From IMG/VR virus record IMGVR_UViG_3300021959_006010, positions 186,001 to 250,000 of that record: a DNA stretch of 64,000 bases, one strand, 5' to 3'. Both the position numbers and the translations under genes were made by a program. Positions 9,241 through 18,853 of the stretch are shown here, piece after piece. The notes beneath the pieces are model-generated. The model was given only the letters and a program-made list of their open reading frames with translations. It was not told the origin of the DNA and searched no databases. Position 1 is the stretch's first letter, and each line of letters begins with the position of its first letter.

Positions 9241-10374
9241 TCATAAACTGAATCCTTTGAATGTATCTTCAGACACATCTTGTTTAGTGCCGCCAATTAC
9301 ATAACTACTTATTTCAGTTTCTTGCGGAGCAACTTGAACGTCTGCTCCACTAATCCATTTCTGTGTCCAAGGCAAAGGATTATTTTTTACATTGTAAGGA
9401 CTCTTTAAATTTACATTTGTCATACGACGAGTTGCAATCCATTCAATGTAATCGCTCAATAGTTGTGTATTAAGACCGATCATTGATCCGTCTTTAAACA
9501 AATAGTCTGCCCAAACTTTTTCTTGATCAACTGCATCAACAAACATTTGAATACATTCTGCTTCTGTTTCTTCTGCAATCTTAGCAAAGTCTGGATCGTC
9601 TTTTTTAAGAATTTTTAATAGCATTTGTGTACTTGCTAGATGCAAGTTTTCGTCACGGGCAATAAGTTTAATAATCTTAGCATTACCTTCCATCTTTTTA
9701 AGTTCTGCGAATGCCCACGAGCAAGCAAAACTCACATAGAAACGGACACCTTCAAGAATATTAACACTCATAAGAGTTAACCATAATTTTTTCTTAAGCT
9801 CGTACAAATCAACAGTTACGTTTTTCTCACCATTGATTTGGTGTTTGCCTTCTCCTAGTAAATTATACCACGCAGACAATTCAATTAGCTCATCGTAATA
9901 TTTTGAAATGTCTTCTGCACAATCAATAATTTCTGCAATGTCCATTAATTCGTCAAACACTTTGCTAGGATTGCTATACACATTTCTAATGATGTGTGTA
10001 TAACTACGACTATGGATTGTTTCAGAGAACGTCCAAGTTTGAATCCAGTTTTCAATTTCTGGCAAACTTACAATAGGTGCAAATGCTTCTACTGGAGCAC
10101 GGCCTTGTACACTATCAAGCAGAATTTGACGCTTTAGATTACTTGTAAAAATATGACGCTCGTGCTCTGTTAGACTCTTAAAGTCTTTTGCATCTTGATA
10201 GATATCTACTTCTTCAGGACGCCAAAAGAATCCTAATTGTTTGTCAGTTAGCCCATCAAACTGTTTATATTTCAACGTATCATAACGCTGAATAGTTGGT
10301 CCACCGGTTGGATCAAGAAAAGCCTTTACAGATGTATGATCGGCACGGTTGTTAATGTCAAAAACGCTTGTCAT
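9241..10374 (-). CDS. nrdB: Ribonucleotide reductase class Ia beta subunit
   Basis: FFWRPEE, ETIHSRSY, EGVRFYVSF, RDENLH motifs; C-terminal QVAPQETEISSY. Confidence 0.97.
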   Translation of the reverse strand: MTSVFDINNRADHTSVKAFLDPTGGPTIQRYDTLKYKQFDGLTDKQLGFFWRPEEVDIYQDAKDFKSLTEHERHIFTSNLKRQILLDSVQGRAPVEAFAPIVSLPEIENWIQTWTFSETIHSRSYTHIIRNVYSNPSKVFDELMDIAEIIDCAEDISKYYDELIELSAWYNLLGEGKHQINGEKNVTVDLYELKKKLWLTLMSVNILEGVRFYVSFACSWAFAELKKMEGNAKIIKLIARDENLHLASTQMLLKILKKDDPDFAKIAEETEAECIQMFVDAVDQEKVWADYLFKDGSMIGLNTQLLSDYIEWIATRRMTNVNLKSPYNVKNNPLPWTQKWISGADVQVAPQETEISSYVIGGTKQDVSEDTFKGFSL

Positions 10375-10434
10375 TTATAATCCTCTATTATATTACTTAG
10401 ATGAGTATAACACACTCTTTCGAGTGTGTCAACT

Positions 10435-12744
10435 TTATATTGTGCAACTTTCGCAAGCTTCGTCGTCTATTGGAGGTAACTCTTCAAGAGGTTCTTTGTC
10501 TTCGCCGACCATCTTGCTTACATCTAACTCGCCTTGACCGTCATAGGTATTGAAATAGTACAACTGCTTACCACCGTATTTATAAAACATCACAAGGTGT
10601 TGCATCATTACGCTCATCGGAATCTTTTCGTCATCAAAGAACTGAGGATTGTAACTTGTGTTTACACTTATACCTTGATCGATATACTTTTGTAACACTG
10701 CCATAATTTTGATATAGCCTTCTGGACTACGCTGGTCCCAAAGCAAATCATATTTGTTTTTTAATCTACGATATTCTGGAACTACTTGTTTTAGAACACC
10801 GTGCTTTGATTGTTTTACGCTGATATAAGCACGAGGTGGCTCAATACCATTTGTTGCGTTAGCAATCTGTGCTGAAGTTTCGCTTGGCATAAGTGCCATT
10901 AGTGTTGAGTTACGGATACCTGTAGTCTTTAATTGCTCACGCAAACCTTTCCAGTCCATACGCTCTTGATGTGGAACTAATTCGTCTAAGTCCTTTTTGT
11001 ATGTTTGGTTAGGTGTAATGCCGTGTCCGTATTTTGTTTCCATAAGACCTGGAATAGCACCTTGCTCTGCTGCTAGGTCGGCACTTGCTTTGATTAGATA
11101 GTAGCTCCACGCTTCTGCATATTCGTCAACAATAGCAAGTCCGTCAGCATCAATATTTTGATAAGAAAGGCCATGTTTTGCCATCCAGTAAGCAAAGTTA
11201 ATAATACCAACACCAATAGGACGGCGTTTTTCTGTAGACAATTGCGCTGCTAAGATTGGATAATTTTGATAACTTAGTAGAGCATCAAGTCCTCTTACTG
11301 CTAACATGCAGATTCTTTCAAAATCTGCAGGAGTTCTTACATTGCCCCAATTGATTGCGCTTAGAGTACATAAACTAATCTCGCCTTCGGGATCGTTAAT
11401 ATCCTTTAATGGTTTAGTTGGCAAATCGATTTCTGCACAAAGATTAGACTGACGAATTGGAGCAACTTCTGGAAGGAATGCACCGTGATCGTTTGCATTG
11501 TCTACGTTCTGTAGGTAGATGCGTCCTGTGTTCTTACGTTCTTCCATAAAGCTAGAAAATAACTCTAGTGCTTTTACAGTTTTTTTACGTAGTCGTGTAT
11601 TGCGTTCTGCTGTTTCGTATAGTTCTTTAAACTTGTCTTGATCTGCATAAAACGCATCGTAAAGTCCTGGCACATCACTAGGCGAGAAAAGAGTTATATC
11701 TCCGCCTGTAATTAGACGCTCGTACATCAATTTATTAAACTGCACACCGTAGTCCATATGACGAACACGATTCTCTTCTGTGCCTTTGTTGTTCTTTAGC
11801 ACTAGCATTTCTTCTGCTTCTAAGTGCCAAATCGGATAGTAGATTGTTGCAGCACCGCCGCGTACACCACCTTGAGAACAAGATTTAGTAGCAGCTTGGA
11901 ACATTTTGTAGAACGGAATAATGCCTGTGTGATATGCATCGCCCTTGCGGATTGGAGATCCGATAGCACGGATATTTCCTCCGCCAATACCAATACCGGC
12001 TTTCTGACTTACATATTTTACTATAGATGAGCTAGTAGCGTTAATGCTGTCAAGGCTGTCGTCAGACTCAATAAGAACACAAGAACTAAACTGTCTTTGC
12101 GGTGTTCGTACACCAGCCATAACAGGAGTAGGTAAGCTAATGTCATGTAAAGATATTGCATCGTAGTATTCCTTTACCCAGCGTAGTCTTTCTTCTTTTG
12201 GGTACTCGGAAAATAATGTAGCGGCAATAAGAACATAACACATTTGCGGTGTTTCAAAAATCTCACCAGTAACTCTGTTCTGTACAAGATACTTGCCACG
12301 TAATTGTTCCATAGCAACATAAGTAAGATTCTCATCTCTTTCATGTTTTACAAAACTATTAATTCTTTCCCACTCTTCGTCGTCGTAACAATTAATTAGT
12401 TCTGGATCATAAAACCCAGCTTCGGTGTTTCGTTCTACTAATTCTCTAACAGTTAAAGGATGATAGTCACCATAAACTTCCTTTCTTAAACCGTAATTGA
12501 TTAGCCTACCGCCTACATACTGATAATTTGGAGTCTCTTCAGTAATTAGATCACTTGCTGCTTTAATAAGTGTTTCTTGAATTTCTTTAGTTGTCATACC
12601 ATTGTAAAACTGGATCTGACTTTTGATTTCTACTTCGCTAGGTGATACACCGGTAATACCTTCACATGCATAAAACACTACTTTGTGCAGTTTATCAATA
12701 TCTAAGGCTTCCTTAGACCCGTTTCTTTTGGTGACTTGAATCAT
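10435..12744 (-). CDS. nrdA: Ribonucleotide reductase class Ia alpha subunit with ATP cone
   Basis: VTKRNG ATP cone, PTPVMAG, FSSC, SNLCAEI, MPSETS, NGIEP, C-terminal CESC. Confidence 0.97.
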   Translation of the reverse strand: MIQVTKRNGSKEALDIDKLHKVVFYACEGITGVSPSEVEIKSQIQFYNGMTTKEIQETLIKAASDLITEETPNYQYVGGRLINYGLRKEVYGDYHPLTVRELVERNTEAGFYDPELINCYDDEEWERINSFVKHERDENLTYVAMEQLRGKYLVQNRVTGEIFETPQMCYVLIAATLFSEYPKEERLRWVKEYYDAISLHDISLPTPVMAGVRTPQRQFSSCVLIESDDSLDSINATSSSIVKYVSQKAGIGIGGGNIRAIGSPIRKGDAYHTGIIPFYKMFQAATKSCSQGGVRGGAATIYYPIWHLEAEEMLVLKNNKGTEENRVRHMDYGVQFNKLMYERLITGGDITLFSPSDVPGLYDAFYADQDKFKELYETAERNTRLRKKTVKALELFSSFMEERKNTGRIYLQNVDNANDHGAFLPEVAPIRQSNLCAEIDLPTKPLKDINDPEGEISLCTLSAINWGNVRTPADFERICMLAVRGLDALLSYQNYPILAAQLSTEKRRPIGVGIINFAYWMAKHGLSYQNIDADGLAIVDEYAEAWSYYLIKASADLAAEQGAIPGLMETKYGHGITPNQTYKKDLDELVPHQERMDWKGLREQLKTTGIRNSTLMALMPSETSAQIANATNGIEPPRAYISVKQSKHGVLKQVVPEYRRLKNKYDLLWDQRSPEGYIKIMAVLQKYIDQGISVNTSYNPQFFDDEKIPMSVMMQHLVMFYKYGGKQLYYFNTYDGQGELDVSKMVGEDKEPLEELPPIDDEACESCTI

Positions 12745-12784
12745 TATCTTTTCCTTATTTCTCTTCTTATCAGTAATAGAATAT

Positions 12785-13210
12785 TTATTGAAGGCTATTC
12801 ATAGTATAAGCTTTTTCGACTGTTACAGAATTAGGTAAGTCTTTTCGAAAAATAGGTTTATCTATGTCGTAGCCTAAACACCATTCGTTAACGAACAGCA
12901 AGTAATTTGTTTGTGATTTTTCTCTATCCTGTGTAATATATATTTCAAAATCTTGACCAGAAAAGCGATCAGTTAATTGCAAAGAATAACACATTCCTAA
13001 CAATATACAAAAATCACAATAGATATTTTCGTTGATTAATTCCCAAGGATCCGGCCAAGTTTCTCTATCGTACGGATCTGTTTGTATCAAAACTCTTGGA
13101 ATTTCTTTGTAAAAATTAAAGACATCAAAAATAGGATCGCTAGAATGTTCTAACGATTCTCTAAAGTCATGCCAATTTTTGAGTCTCTCTTCGTAAGAAC
13201 AGTTACGCAT
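12785..13210 (-). CDS. Hypothetical protein
   Basis: 141-aa ORF with AGAGGA RBS, packed between co-oriented genes. Confidence 0.7.
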   Translation of the reverse strand: MRNCSYEERLKNWHDFRESLEHSSDPIFDVFNFYKEIPRVLIQTDPYDRETWPDPWELINENIYCDFCILLGMCYSLQLTDRFSGQDFEIYITQDREKSQTNYLLFVNEWCLGYDIDKPIFRKDLPNSVTVEKAYTMNSLQ

Positions 13211-13218
13211 GTTTCCTC

Positions 13219-14862
13219 TTATGATTTAACATTAGATGTAAACATGAGTGTTCCTGTGTCTCCCGGATTGGTACTAGATATAACAACAGTGTCATTATTT
13301 GCAAAACTAGATGCCCATACAATATTTTCAGCATAGTTTGAATCGCCAGTAATGTCATAGTCATCGATAATATTCACTTGTTGTGTTGTCGGTTGTATAC
13401 TAATTGTTAATTTACCAAATCTGTAAAACGTTCTTGTTTGCGACTTATAAGAATATTCGATCTCATATGTCTTATCAGTATCAGCAGCAAATCTAAGAAT
13501 GTTAACTGGCGATGTTGTATCCTGTATAGTTAGTGAGTTCGTAAATCCTTCTTTGTACATAACCGGACCTTCGATACTAGGAATAAACACTGTGCTAGTT
13601 AAACTTACTTGTTCTAGGTTATCTCTGCTTCTACCTGTACTTAAAATATACTGTCTTTCTATCCAATCGTCAACCGAAAAGTTTCCAGTATAGTCAAATC
13701 TAATATTAGAAAAGAAGTCTGGAGTATTAACTGCTGTCCATGCTGCTGGACCTGCATATCTATTTCCTACATTATAAAACTTATTGTGTTTTGAAATGTT
13801 GTCAACACCATAGAGCACTGCTAATCCATTAGCATAAATTTCATCAAACTTGTTATCGAGTATAGTGTTATTGTTAGGATAAGGGTTAGATGCTTCGTAA
13901 GAAGGAACGTTTAATCCAAAACCTATTCCGTAAATGCAGTTTTCAAAATTATTTGATTCTATTAAATTGTTCAGTGTAAATGCATCACTATAAACACCAG
14001 CAAAAAGATTTTCAAATACACAGTTTGAAATAGTGTTAGATGATGTGTAAACTACTCTACTATCGCTTGATATTTGTATTCCGAATACTTCTGATACAAT
14101 TGGATCATTGAATCCGTCAACGTTTGAAAATAATTTATCAGTATTATAATTTCCACTAAATTTAATAGAATCAAATACACTGTCTTTACAGTTCCAAAGA
14201 TGTATCATTGGTCTATCGTTTTCTGTTTCGATATTTTCAATAGTCATTCCACTCATGTAAATATTACTTGGTTGGTTTGATGTTGAAACTGTTGTAGTCC
14301 AAACAGGTACTTCGGCTGTTGATAAATCACTAACTGTAATAAATCCTATCGTAGTTCCTTGTATCTTAATAACAGTTTTATCTATGCCTGCTCCTACAAT
14401 TCTTGTATTTTTCGGAAGGTATATTGTTCCTGTTATAAGGTATTCACCAGGCTCTATGTAAAGTATAGCACGATCTTGTACTGTAGTATTAAGGAAAAGC
14501 TGATAAATGGCAGTCTGTAATGCTACAGTGTCGTCTGTAACCCCGTCTCCTACTACACCGAACGCTCTTACACTTACTCTGTCATCTAGTCTGTCTTGTA
14601 AATTACGAGTTACTGTGCCTGCAATACTTGAGCCGGTTCTATAAGTATAAATGTTAGGTAAATCAAATAGGTTATCGTTTTCTGTTAAAATCTTTGTGTT
14701 ACCTACTGCCGGTGCACCTTCTGATACACTACCATTACCTATGTACAAGTTCTGTGTGTCAATTGCCCATCCTAGCTCACCTGAAGCTAATTGGGGCAAG
14801 CCACTTCCTGACTGTTCTTTACCTCTTCGGATTTGTATTCTTGATATCGATACGACTGCCAC
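13219..14862 (-). CDS. Tail fibre/spike-like protein with a pectin-lyase-like beta-helix
   Basis: N-terminal RIQIRRG...LPQLASGELGW..DT..LYIGNG anchor motif, VSVRAFGVVGDGVTDDT, then repeated N/I-rich beta-helix rungs. Confidence 0.75.
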   Translation of the reverse strand: MAVVSISRIQIRRGKEQSGSGLPQLASGELGWAIDTQNLYIGNGSVSEGAPAVGNTKILTENDNLFDLPNIYTYRTGSSIAGTVTRNLQDRLDDRVSVRAFGVVGDGVTDDTVALQTAIYQLFLNTTVQDRAILYIEPGEYLITGTIYLPKNTRIVGAGIDKTVIKIQGTTIGFITVSDLSTAEVPVWTTTVSTSNQPSNIYMSGMTIENIETENDRPMIHLWNCKDSVFDSIKFSGNYNTDKLFSNVDGFNDPIVSEVFGIQISSDSRVVYTSSNTISNCVFENLFAGVYSDAFTLNNLIESNNFENCIYGIGFGLNVPSYEASNPYPNNNTILDNKFDEIYANGLAVLYGVDNISKHNKFYNVGNRYAGPAAWTAVNTPDFFSNIRFDYTGNFSVDDWIERQYILSTGRSRDNLEQVSLTSTVFIPSIEGPVMYKEGFTNSLTIQDTTSPVNILRFAADTDKTYEIEYSYKSQTRTFYRFGKLTISIQPTTQQVNIIDDYDITGDSNYAENIVWASSFANNDTVVISSTNPGDTGTLMFTSNVKS

Positions 14863-14893
14863 GTCATTCTCCTACGCATTTAATTTATAGTAT

Positions 14894-15598
14894 TTATGCG
14901 TAGTTCTCGTAATAGTTGTAGACACGTTCCCACCATTCGTTTTCCCAATCAGCAAACTCATCAGGCCAAATATCAAACTGTTGATATTCTCCTGCACGAC
15001 TACACATAAACACATGTCCTTCGCGGATGTTTGTGCCGTGTACTTCGTTGTGTGCTATTGCATATGCTGTTAATTGTAGGAAATAATCATAAACCCATTC
15101 TTCTTTTTTAGGCTTATTAGTTTGCTTGAAATCCATAATACAGGGTTGACCTTTGTAGGTACCAACTAAGTCAGTAGTACCTGCATAAATGTTAGGAACA
15201 TACAAAGGTACTTCGCTCCCCCAAATTTCATCAACATCTACCATGGCTTGCTCTTTAATTTGTGTAGCCATCATATGTGCTTGTTGAGCATAAGGGTTGC
15301 TGCCTGGTTCTGGCCATTCACCTGTTTCAATGTAGTCTTCTAGATACTTGTGCATACGGGTACCTACACCAGCAGCTTCAGTTACAATTTCTTGTGCTTT
15401 CTTTTCGCCTACACGTTTCTTCCAGGCAATAAGATGTGATTTATCTTTAGTAGCGTCAAGGATAGTTGTTACACTAGCAACAGGAGCGCCGCCGGGAGCA
15501 GCGTATCTACGCTTGCCTTCAACTTCTACTCTAGTAAGTTTTTCGTATTTAAATTTAGGAGTTATCAGAGTCAAAATCTGCTTCCTCGTAAGTGTCAA
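14894..15598 (-). CDS. PD-(D/E)XK-family exonuclease
   Basis: SVTTIL, GTRMHKYLE, EVPL..YAGTTDLVG, IMDFKQT, QLTAYA motifs; start codon uncertain. Confidence 0.8.
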   Translation of the reverse strand: MTLTRKQILTLITPKFKYEKLTRVEVEGKRRYAAPGGAPVASVTTILDATKDKSHLIAWKKRVGEKKAQEIVTEAAGVGTRMHKYLEDYIETGEWPEPGSNPYAQQAHMMATQIKEQAMVDVDEIWGSEVPLYVPNIYAGTTDLVGTYKGQPCIMDFKQTNKPKKEEWVYDYFLQLTAYAIAHNEVHGTNIREGHVFMCSRAGEYQQFDIWPDEFADWENEWWERVYNYYENYA

Positions 15599-15902
15599 TC
15601 ATATCCCAGTCATGGAATGGTTGTGTATAAAAAGGATTTACAGAACTAAATGGATCGTCAAAACCTTCTACTACTTGTACTTCGGGAATCATTTGGGTTA
15701 GTAAATTCTCTACTCCCATTTTCAACGTCATGGTACTGCCAGCACATCCAGAACAGGCGCCGCTCATTTCTAGCATTACAACACCATCTGAGTAACTGTG
15801 GAAGTTAACTTCGCCACCATGTGCTGCCACTGACGGTGCAACATGTGTTTCTAATAATTCTTTAATTTCTTTTTCAATTGTTTCTTGAGATCGATTAGTC
15901 AT
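15555..15902 (-). CDS. NifU C-terminal (NfuA-like) Fe-S cluster carrier
   Basis: VAPSVAAHGG...MSGACSGCAGSTMTLKMGVE (CxxC). Confidence 0.85.
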   Translation of the reverse strand: MTNRSQETIEKEIKELLETHVAPSVAAHGGEVNFHSYSDGVVMLEMSGACSGCAGSTMTLKMGVENLLTQMIPEVQVVEGFDDPFSSVNPFYTQPFHDWDMIDTYEEADFDSDNS

Positions 15903-15960
15903 AAAAACTCCTATAATTTATTATATGTTAGCAGACTTTTCTGTATTTGTCAAGAAAAAA

Positions 15961-16293
15961 TTATAAATCAGATAGATCAGTAGCACGTTTTGCCATGTCA
16001 CCGACTGTATCTTTTTTACTTGGATTAGGAGAATCTACTTTGTCTTTTGATTCTATTCCTACAGTAACGCCGTCAGGATCAAACTGAACTAGATTCTGTA
16101 AATCAATACTAGAATCGTAAGACACTTTGAAACTGTCGTAATCAAACTGAGGGACTCCAGCCTTCTTCATATAAGAATTTAGCTTATCCCAAGAGACTTT
16201 TGTTTTTTTAGGAAGAGTTTTTAAAATTTGAAGAAGTAAGGCAGTTTCTTCTACTGCCTCACTTACTTTTTTTTTGAACTGCGTTCGATTGAC
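15961..16293 (-). CDS. Start-less open frame, probably translated as a -1 frameshift extension of the upstream gene (or from an internal ATG at 16170)
   Basis: Frame is open 16293-15961 with no ATG until 16170; it overlaps the A AAA AAG heptamer at 16272-16266. Confidence 0.55.
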   Translation of the reverse strand, partial: VNRTQFKKKVSEAVEETALLLQILKTLPKKTKVSWDKLNSYMKKAGVPQFDYDSFKVSYDSSIDLQNLVQFDPDGVTVGIESKDKVDSPNPSKKDTVGDMAKRATDLSDL

Positions 16294-16988
16294 TCACGCT
16301 TTTCGCGACCAGCTTCTTCTTCGCCGCCTGCTGCTGCATCATCTGCACCAAAGTCATCCCCGGCGTCTACATCCATATCCATTGCTGCATCATCTTCTGC
16401 GTCAACGGTAGGCTCCATCCCCATGTCGTCATCGCCCATTGGCTCTTCCATGCCGTCGCCTTCCCCAGTTAGCATCCCTACTCCGTTTGTAAGTGTTGCT
16501 CGTGTGCTTTCCATTGCAGCATACATACTATCCAATGCTGGTTTAATAGTATTAACAAATGCTTCTGACTGCTCTGAGCCCATCTCATCGCGGATAGCAT
16601 CTGCTAGTTCTAACATAGAATCGGACTGCATTTCTGCTGTGTCTTCCATCCAACCAGTAACACGGTCAACCATGTCTTTAGCTGCCATAACTAATTCTGC
16701 TTCGTCTTCTTTGCCTTCACGAACACTTACACGTTCTTCCTCACGCTCAATAATAGCGGCATTTAGAACATCTAAGAACAATTTATCTTTGTTATACTTT
16801 TCAGAATGCACTGAACTAAAACTCTCATTTGTTTCTACTTGCGATAGTTTTGTACGTAGTTTATTGCGAGCATCTTCTAATTGCTCAAACGTAAACTTGT
16901 CTAGGTTAATTCTAGAACCAAACTTTTTAGCTAGGCTTTCGTTAAGTGCCTTAGCTGTAATCGGTTTTGATATCTCTCTAATGTTCAT
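16263..16988 (-). CDS. Probable head-assembly/scaffold-like acidic protein ending in SKKK
   Basis: 241 aa, helical and acidic, MNIREI N-terminus, GGAAGAGA RBS, late-type promoter upstream. Confidence 0.6.
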   Translation of the reverse strand: MNIREISKPITAKALNESLAKKFGSRINLDKFTFEQLEDARNKLRTKLSQVETNESFSSVHSEKYNKDKLFLDVLNAAIIEREEERVSVREGKEDEAELVMAAKDMVDRVTGWMEDTAEMQSDSMLELADAIRDEMGSEQSEAFVNTIKPALDSMYAAMESTRATLTNGVGMLTGEGDGMEEPMGDDDMGMEPTVDAEDDAAMDMDVDAGDDFGADDAAAGGEEEAGREKRESIERSSKKK

Positions 16989-17032
16989 TTATCTCTTCCC
17001 TTAACGGTTATGCTTTAAGTTATTTATCATTA

Positions 17033-17446
17033 TTACGAAAAGATTATTGTATCTAGATTTTGTTTAGCATATTCAGTCCGATACTTAGCGTCTTCGAATC
17101 TAACTTCAATTATATCTTTTTTAAATTCGTCTTTGGTTTTCTTCATTGTATTTTTATAAAAGATACTATCGTTATAATTCTTTTCAATTATTTGATCCCA
17201 AATCATAACTTGATCTATTACATCAAATCCTTTAGCCATACTTTTTGCAATAGCAACTGCACTTGATTTGCAAAAAGTTTTTGCTACTTGCTTATTTTCT
17301 TTTGTATCATAAACTAGATAACCATTACGTGATTTACGTATAACCATATTTTTGATGCGAATACTATTTCCCTTAACATAAGGAAAATCAATTTCGTTTA
17401 CATTTTGGTTGATTATATCTTCTAATACTTTAACAATATCTTTCAT
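17033..17446 (-). CDS. Hypothetical protein
   Basis: 137-aa ORF overlapping the upstream gene in a tight operon. Confidence 0.65.
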   Translation of the reverse strand: MKDIVKVLEDIINQNVNEIDFPYVKGNSIRIKNMVIRKSRNGYLVYDTKENKQVAKTFCKSSAVAIAKSMAKGFDVIDQVMIWDQIIEKNYNDSIFYKNTMKKTKDEFKKDIIEVRFEDAKYRTEYAKQNLDTIIFS

Positions 17447-17639
17447 TCTTAACTACCCAAGTTTGATGATTGCGTTGTACTTTACTTACTAAACTTTTCC
17501 GTATTAGGTTGTCTAATGTGGTTTGATCTCTTTCAGTAAAATTGTCGTATGGTGCTACTCCTTGCATTCTTTCTAGCAGGTCTTTTTCTTCGTTTGAAGT
17601 TGCAATTTCAAAACTTGTTATTAATTCGTTAAGCTTCAT
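17430..17639 (-). CDS. Small protein with an MKLNEL N-terminal motif
   Basis: ATGA overlap with the upstream gene. Confidence 0.65.
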   Translation of the reverse strand: MKLNELITSFEIATSNEEKDLLERMQGVAPYDNFTERDQTTLDNLIRKSLVSKVQRNHQTWVVKNERYC

Positions 17640-17893
17640 TTCTTTGGCATTGTTAATGTAATATTAGAATTTGGTTTAATTTTATTTGGTCCTGCGGGTG
17701 TCTTAGCAGTTAGGTCTACGTTAGTATTTCCTTTATCATCAGTACTTACGTTTGCTTTTTTAAGATCAACTTTAGTAGTTACACCTGGTTTCTTAGGATC
17801 TTCTATTTCAATTTCGGCTCCGGACACACGTTTTACTTTACCTGTTTGCTGTATAGCATTTGGATTAGGTTTTACTATCTCATTAATCTTCAT
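17636..17893 (-). CDS. Small Lys-rich protein with an MKINEI N-terminal motif
   Basis: ATGA overlap; basic composition. Confidence 0.65.
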   Translation of the reverse strand: MKINEIVKPNPNAIQQTGKVKRVSGAEIEIEDPKKPGVTTKVDLKKANVSTDDKGNTNVDLTAKTPAGPNKIKPNSNITLTMPKK

Positions 17894-18204
17894 ATTCTTT
17901 TCGCCTTGCTCGATCTTTTTCTAATTCTAGAACCAGTATTAATTTTTCCTAGTCTACGTGACGCTGGATTATTTGACTTTGTGCGTTTTGTTTTTATTTT
18001 AATTGCACTGCGTTTCCTTGCTTTTGTTTGTTGAAACGCTTTTCTTTTCTTTGCACTTAAAGGAGCAGTACAGGTACTTGCTTTAGCAACAATACGTCCT
18101 TTTCGCGGTCCGCTATTACAACGATACTTTCGAACGTTAGTGTTTCCCTTACGTCCATAAATACTTTGTGCGCCTTCTTCTATCTCAAATTCAGACGCTC
18201 TCAT
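17890..18204 (-). CDS. Highly basic protein, paralog of 18201-18503
   Basis: VRKYRC.SG.RK.R.V...C.AP...KKR and NPASRR shared with the neighbouring ORF. Confidence 0.7.
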   Translation of the reverse strand: MRASEFEIEEGAQSIYGRKGNTNVRKYRCNSGPRKGRIVAKASTCTAPLSAKKRKAFQQTKARKRSAIKIKTKRTKSNNPASRRLGKINTGSRIRKRSSKAKRI

Positions 18205-18503
18205 CTTCTCATTCCTTTTTTACTACTGATACGATTAAGTGATTGTACTCTTCTACTTGCTGGATTTACTCTTTTAGTTCTTTTTGCTTTTCTTGCCATT
18301 TTTGCACCTAGACGAGCTCTTGTTCTTTTAAATTGAACTCTCTTTTTTATATCTGGTGCAGCAAAACATTGTCCAATATTAGAAACTATTCTATTTTTTC
18401 TAATACCGCTAGAACATCTGTACTTCCGTACGACTTTTTTACCTGAACGAGCCCAGGTTTGTTTTTCGATTAAAAGGTCATTAAAAAACTCACGTAGTAA
18501 CAT
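18201..18503 (-). CDS. Highly basic protein, paralog of 17890-18204
   Basis: Same shared motifs; MLLREFF N-terminus; ATAAATA promoter just upstream. Confidence 0.7.
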   Translation of the reverse strand: MLLREFFNDLLIEKQTWARSGKKVVRKYRCSSGIRKNRIVSNIGQCFAAPDIKKRVQFKRTRARLGAKMARKAKRTKRVNPASRRVQSLNRISSKKGMRR

Positions 18504-18508
18504 ATAGT

Positions 18509-18515
18509 TATTTAT
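18509..18515 (-). promoter_or_regulatory. T4-type late promoter core (ATAAATA), representative copy
   Basis: TAAATA cores sit just upstream of many structural genes (near 2890, 12782, 14891, 17021, 18851, 19676, 21537, 31234, 32023, 62334 on minus). A perfect TATAAATA lies at 24689-24696 on plus. Confidence 0.65.
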
Positions 18516-18525
18516 CGCGAGTGAT

Positions 18526-18765
18526 TTATAAGTTCATTAAAATTACAATAATGGTCGATAACAAGCCTGCTACAATAGTTCCTGCGGAACCGATCAAAAC
18601 CTTTGTCATTGATTTCTGGCCATCAACTACGTCTGTATGGAGTTTATCAACTTTTTCTTCAAGTCCGGTTAAACGACGATCAAGCTGCTCATAACGAAGA
18701 GCGCATAGATCTACGTGTGCTTCTAAACTTTCTTTTTCTAACGCTGTTGACGGTAATGTCGACAT
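18526..18765 (-). CDS. Coiled-coil protein with a C-terminal transmembrane helix (holin/haemolysin-like topology)
   Basis: Heptad region followed by VLIGSAGTIVAGLLSTIIVILM. Confidence 0.55.
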   Translation of the reverse strand: MSTLPSTALEKESLEAHVDLCALRYEQLDRRLTGLEEKVDKLHTDVVDGQKSMTKVLIGSAGTIVAGLLSTIIVILMNL

Positions 18766-18853
18766 ACAATAATCTCCAATTGATAAAGTAAACTCGTAGT
18801 TGGCCTTTTGTGTGGTTTTTTGTATGCCTTAATAAATGTTGTTATAGTATTAT

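Noticed and set aside
9241-12744. Introns or inteins in nrdA/nrdB linked to the HNH gene
   Set aside because: Both genes are uninterrupted and of normal length, and the HNH gene is free-standing 17 kb away.
14894-15598. Cas4 call
   Set aside because: No four-Cys Fe-S motif and no CRISPR context; it fits an ordinary phage PD-(D/E)XK exonuclease.
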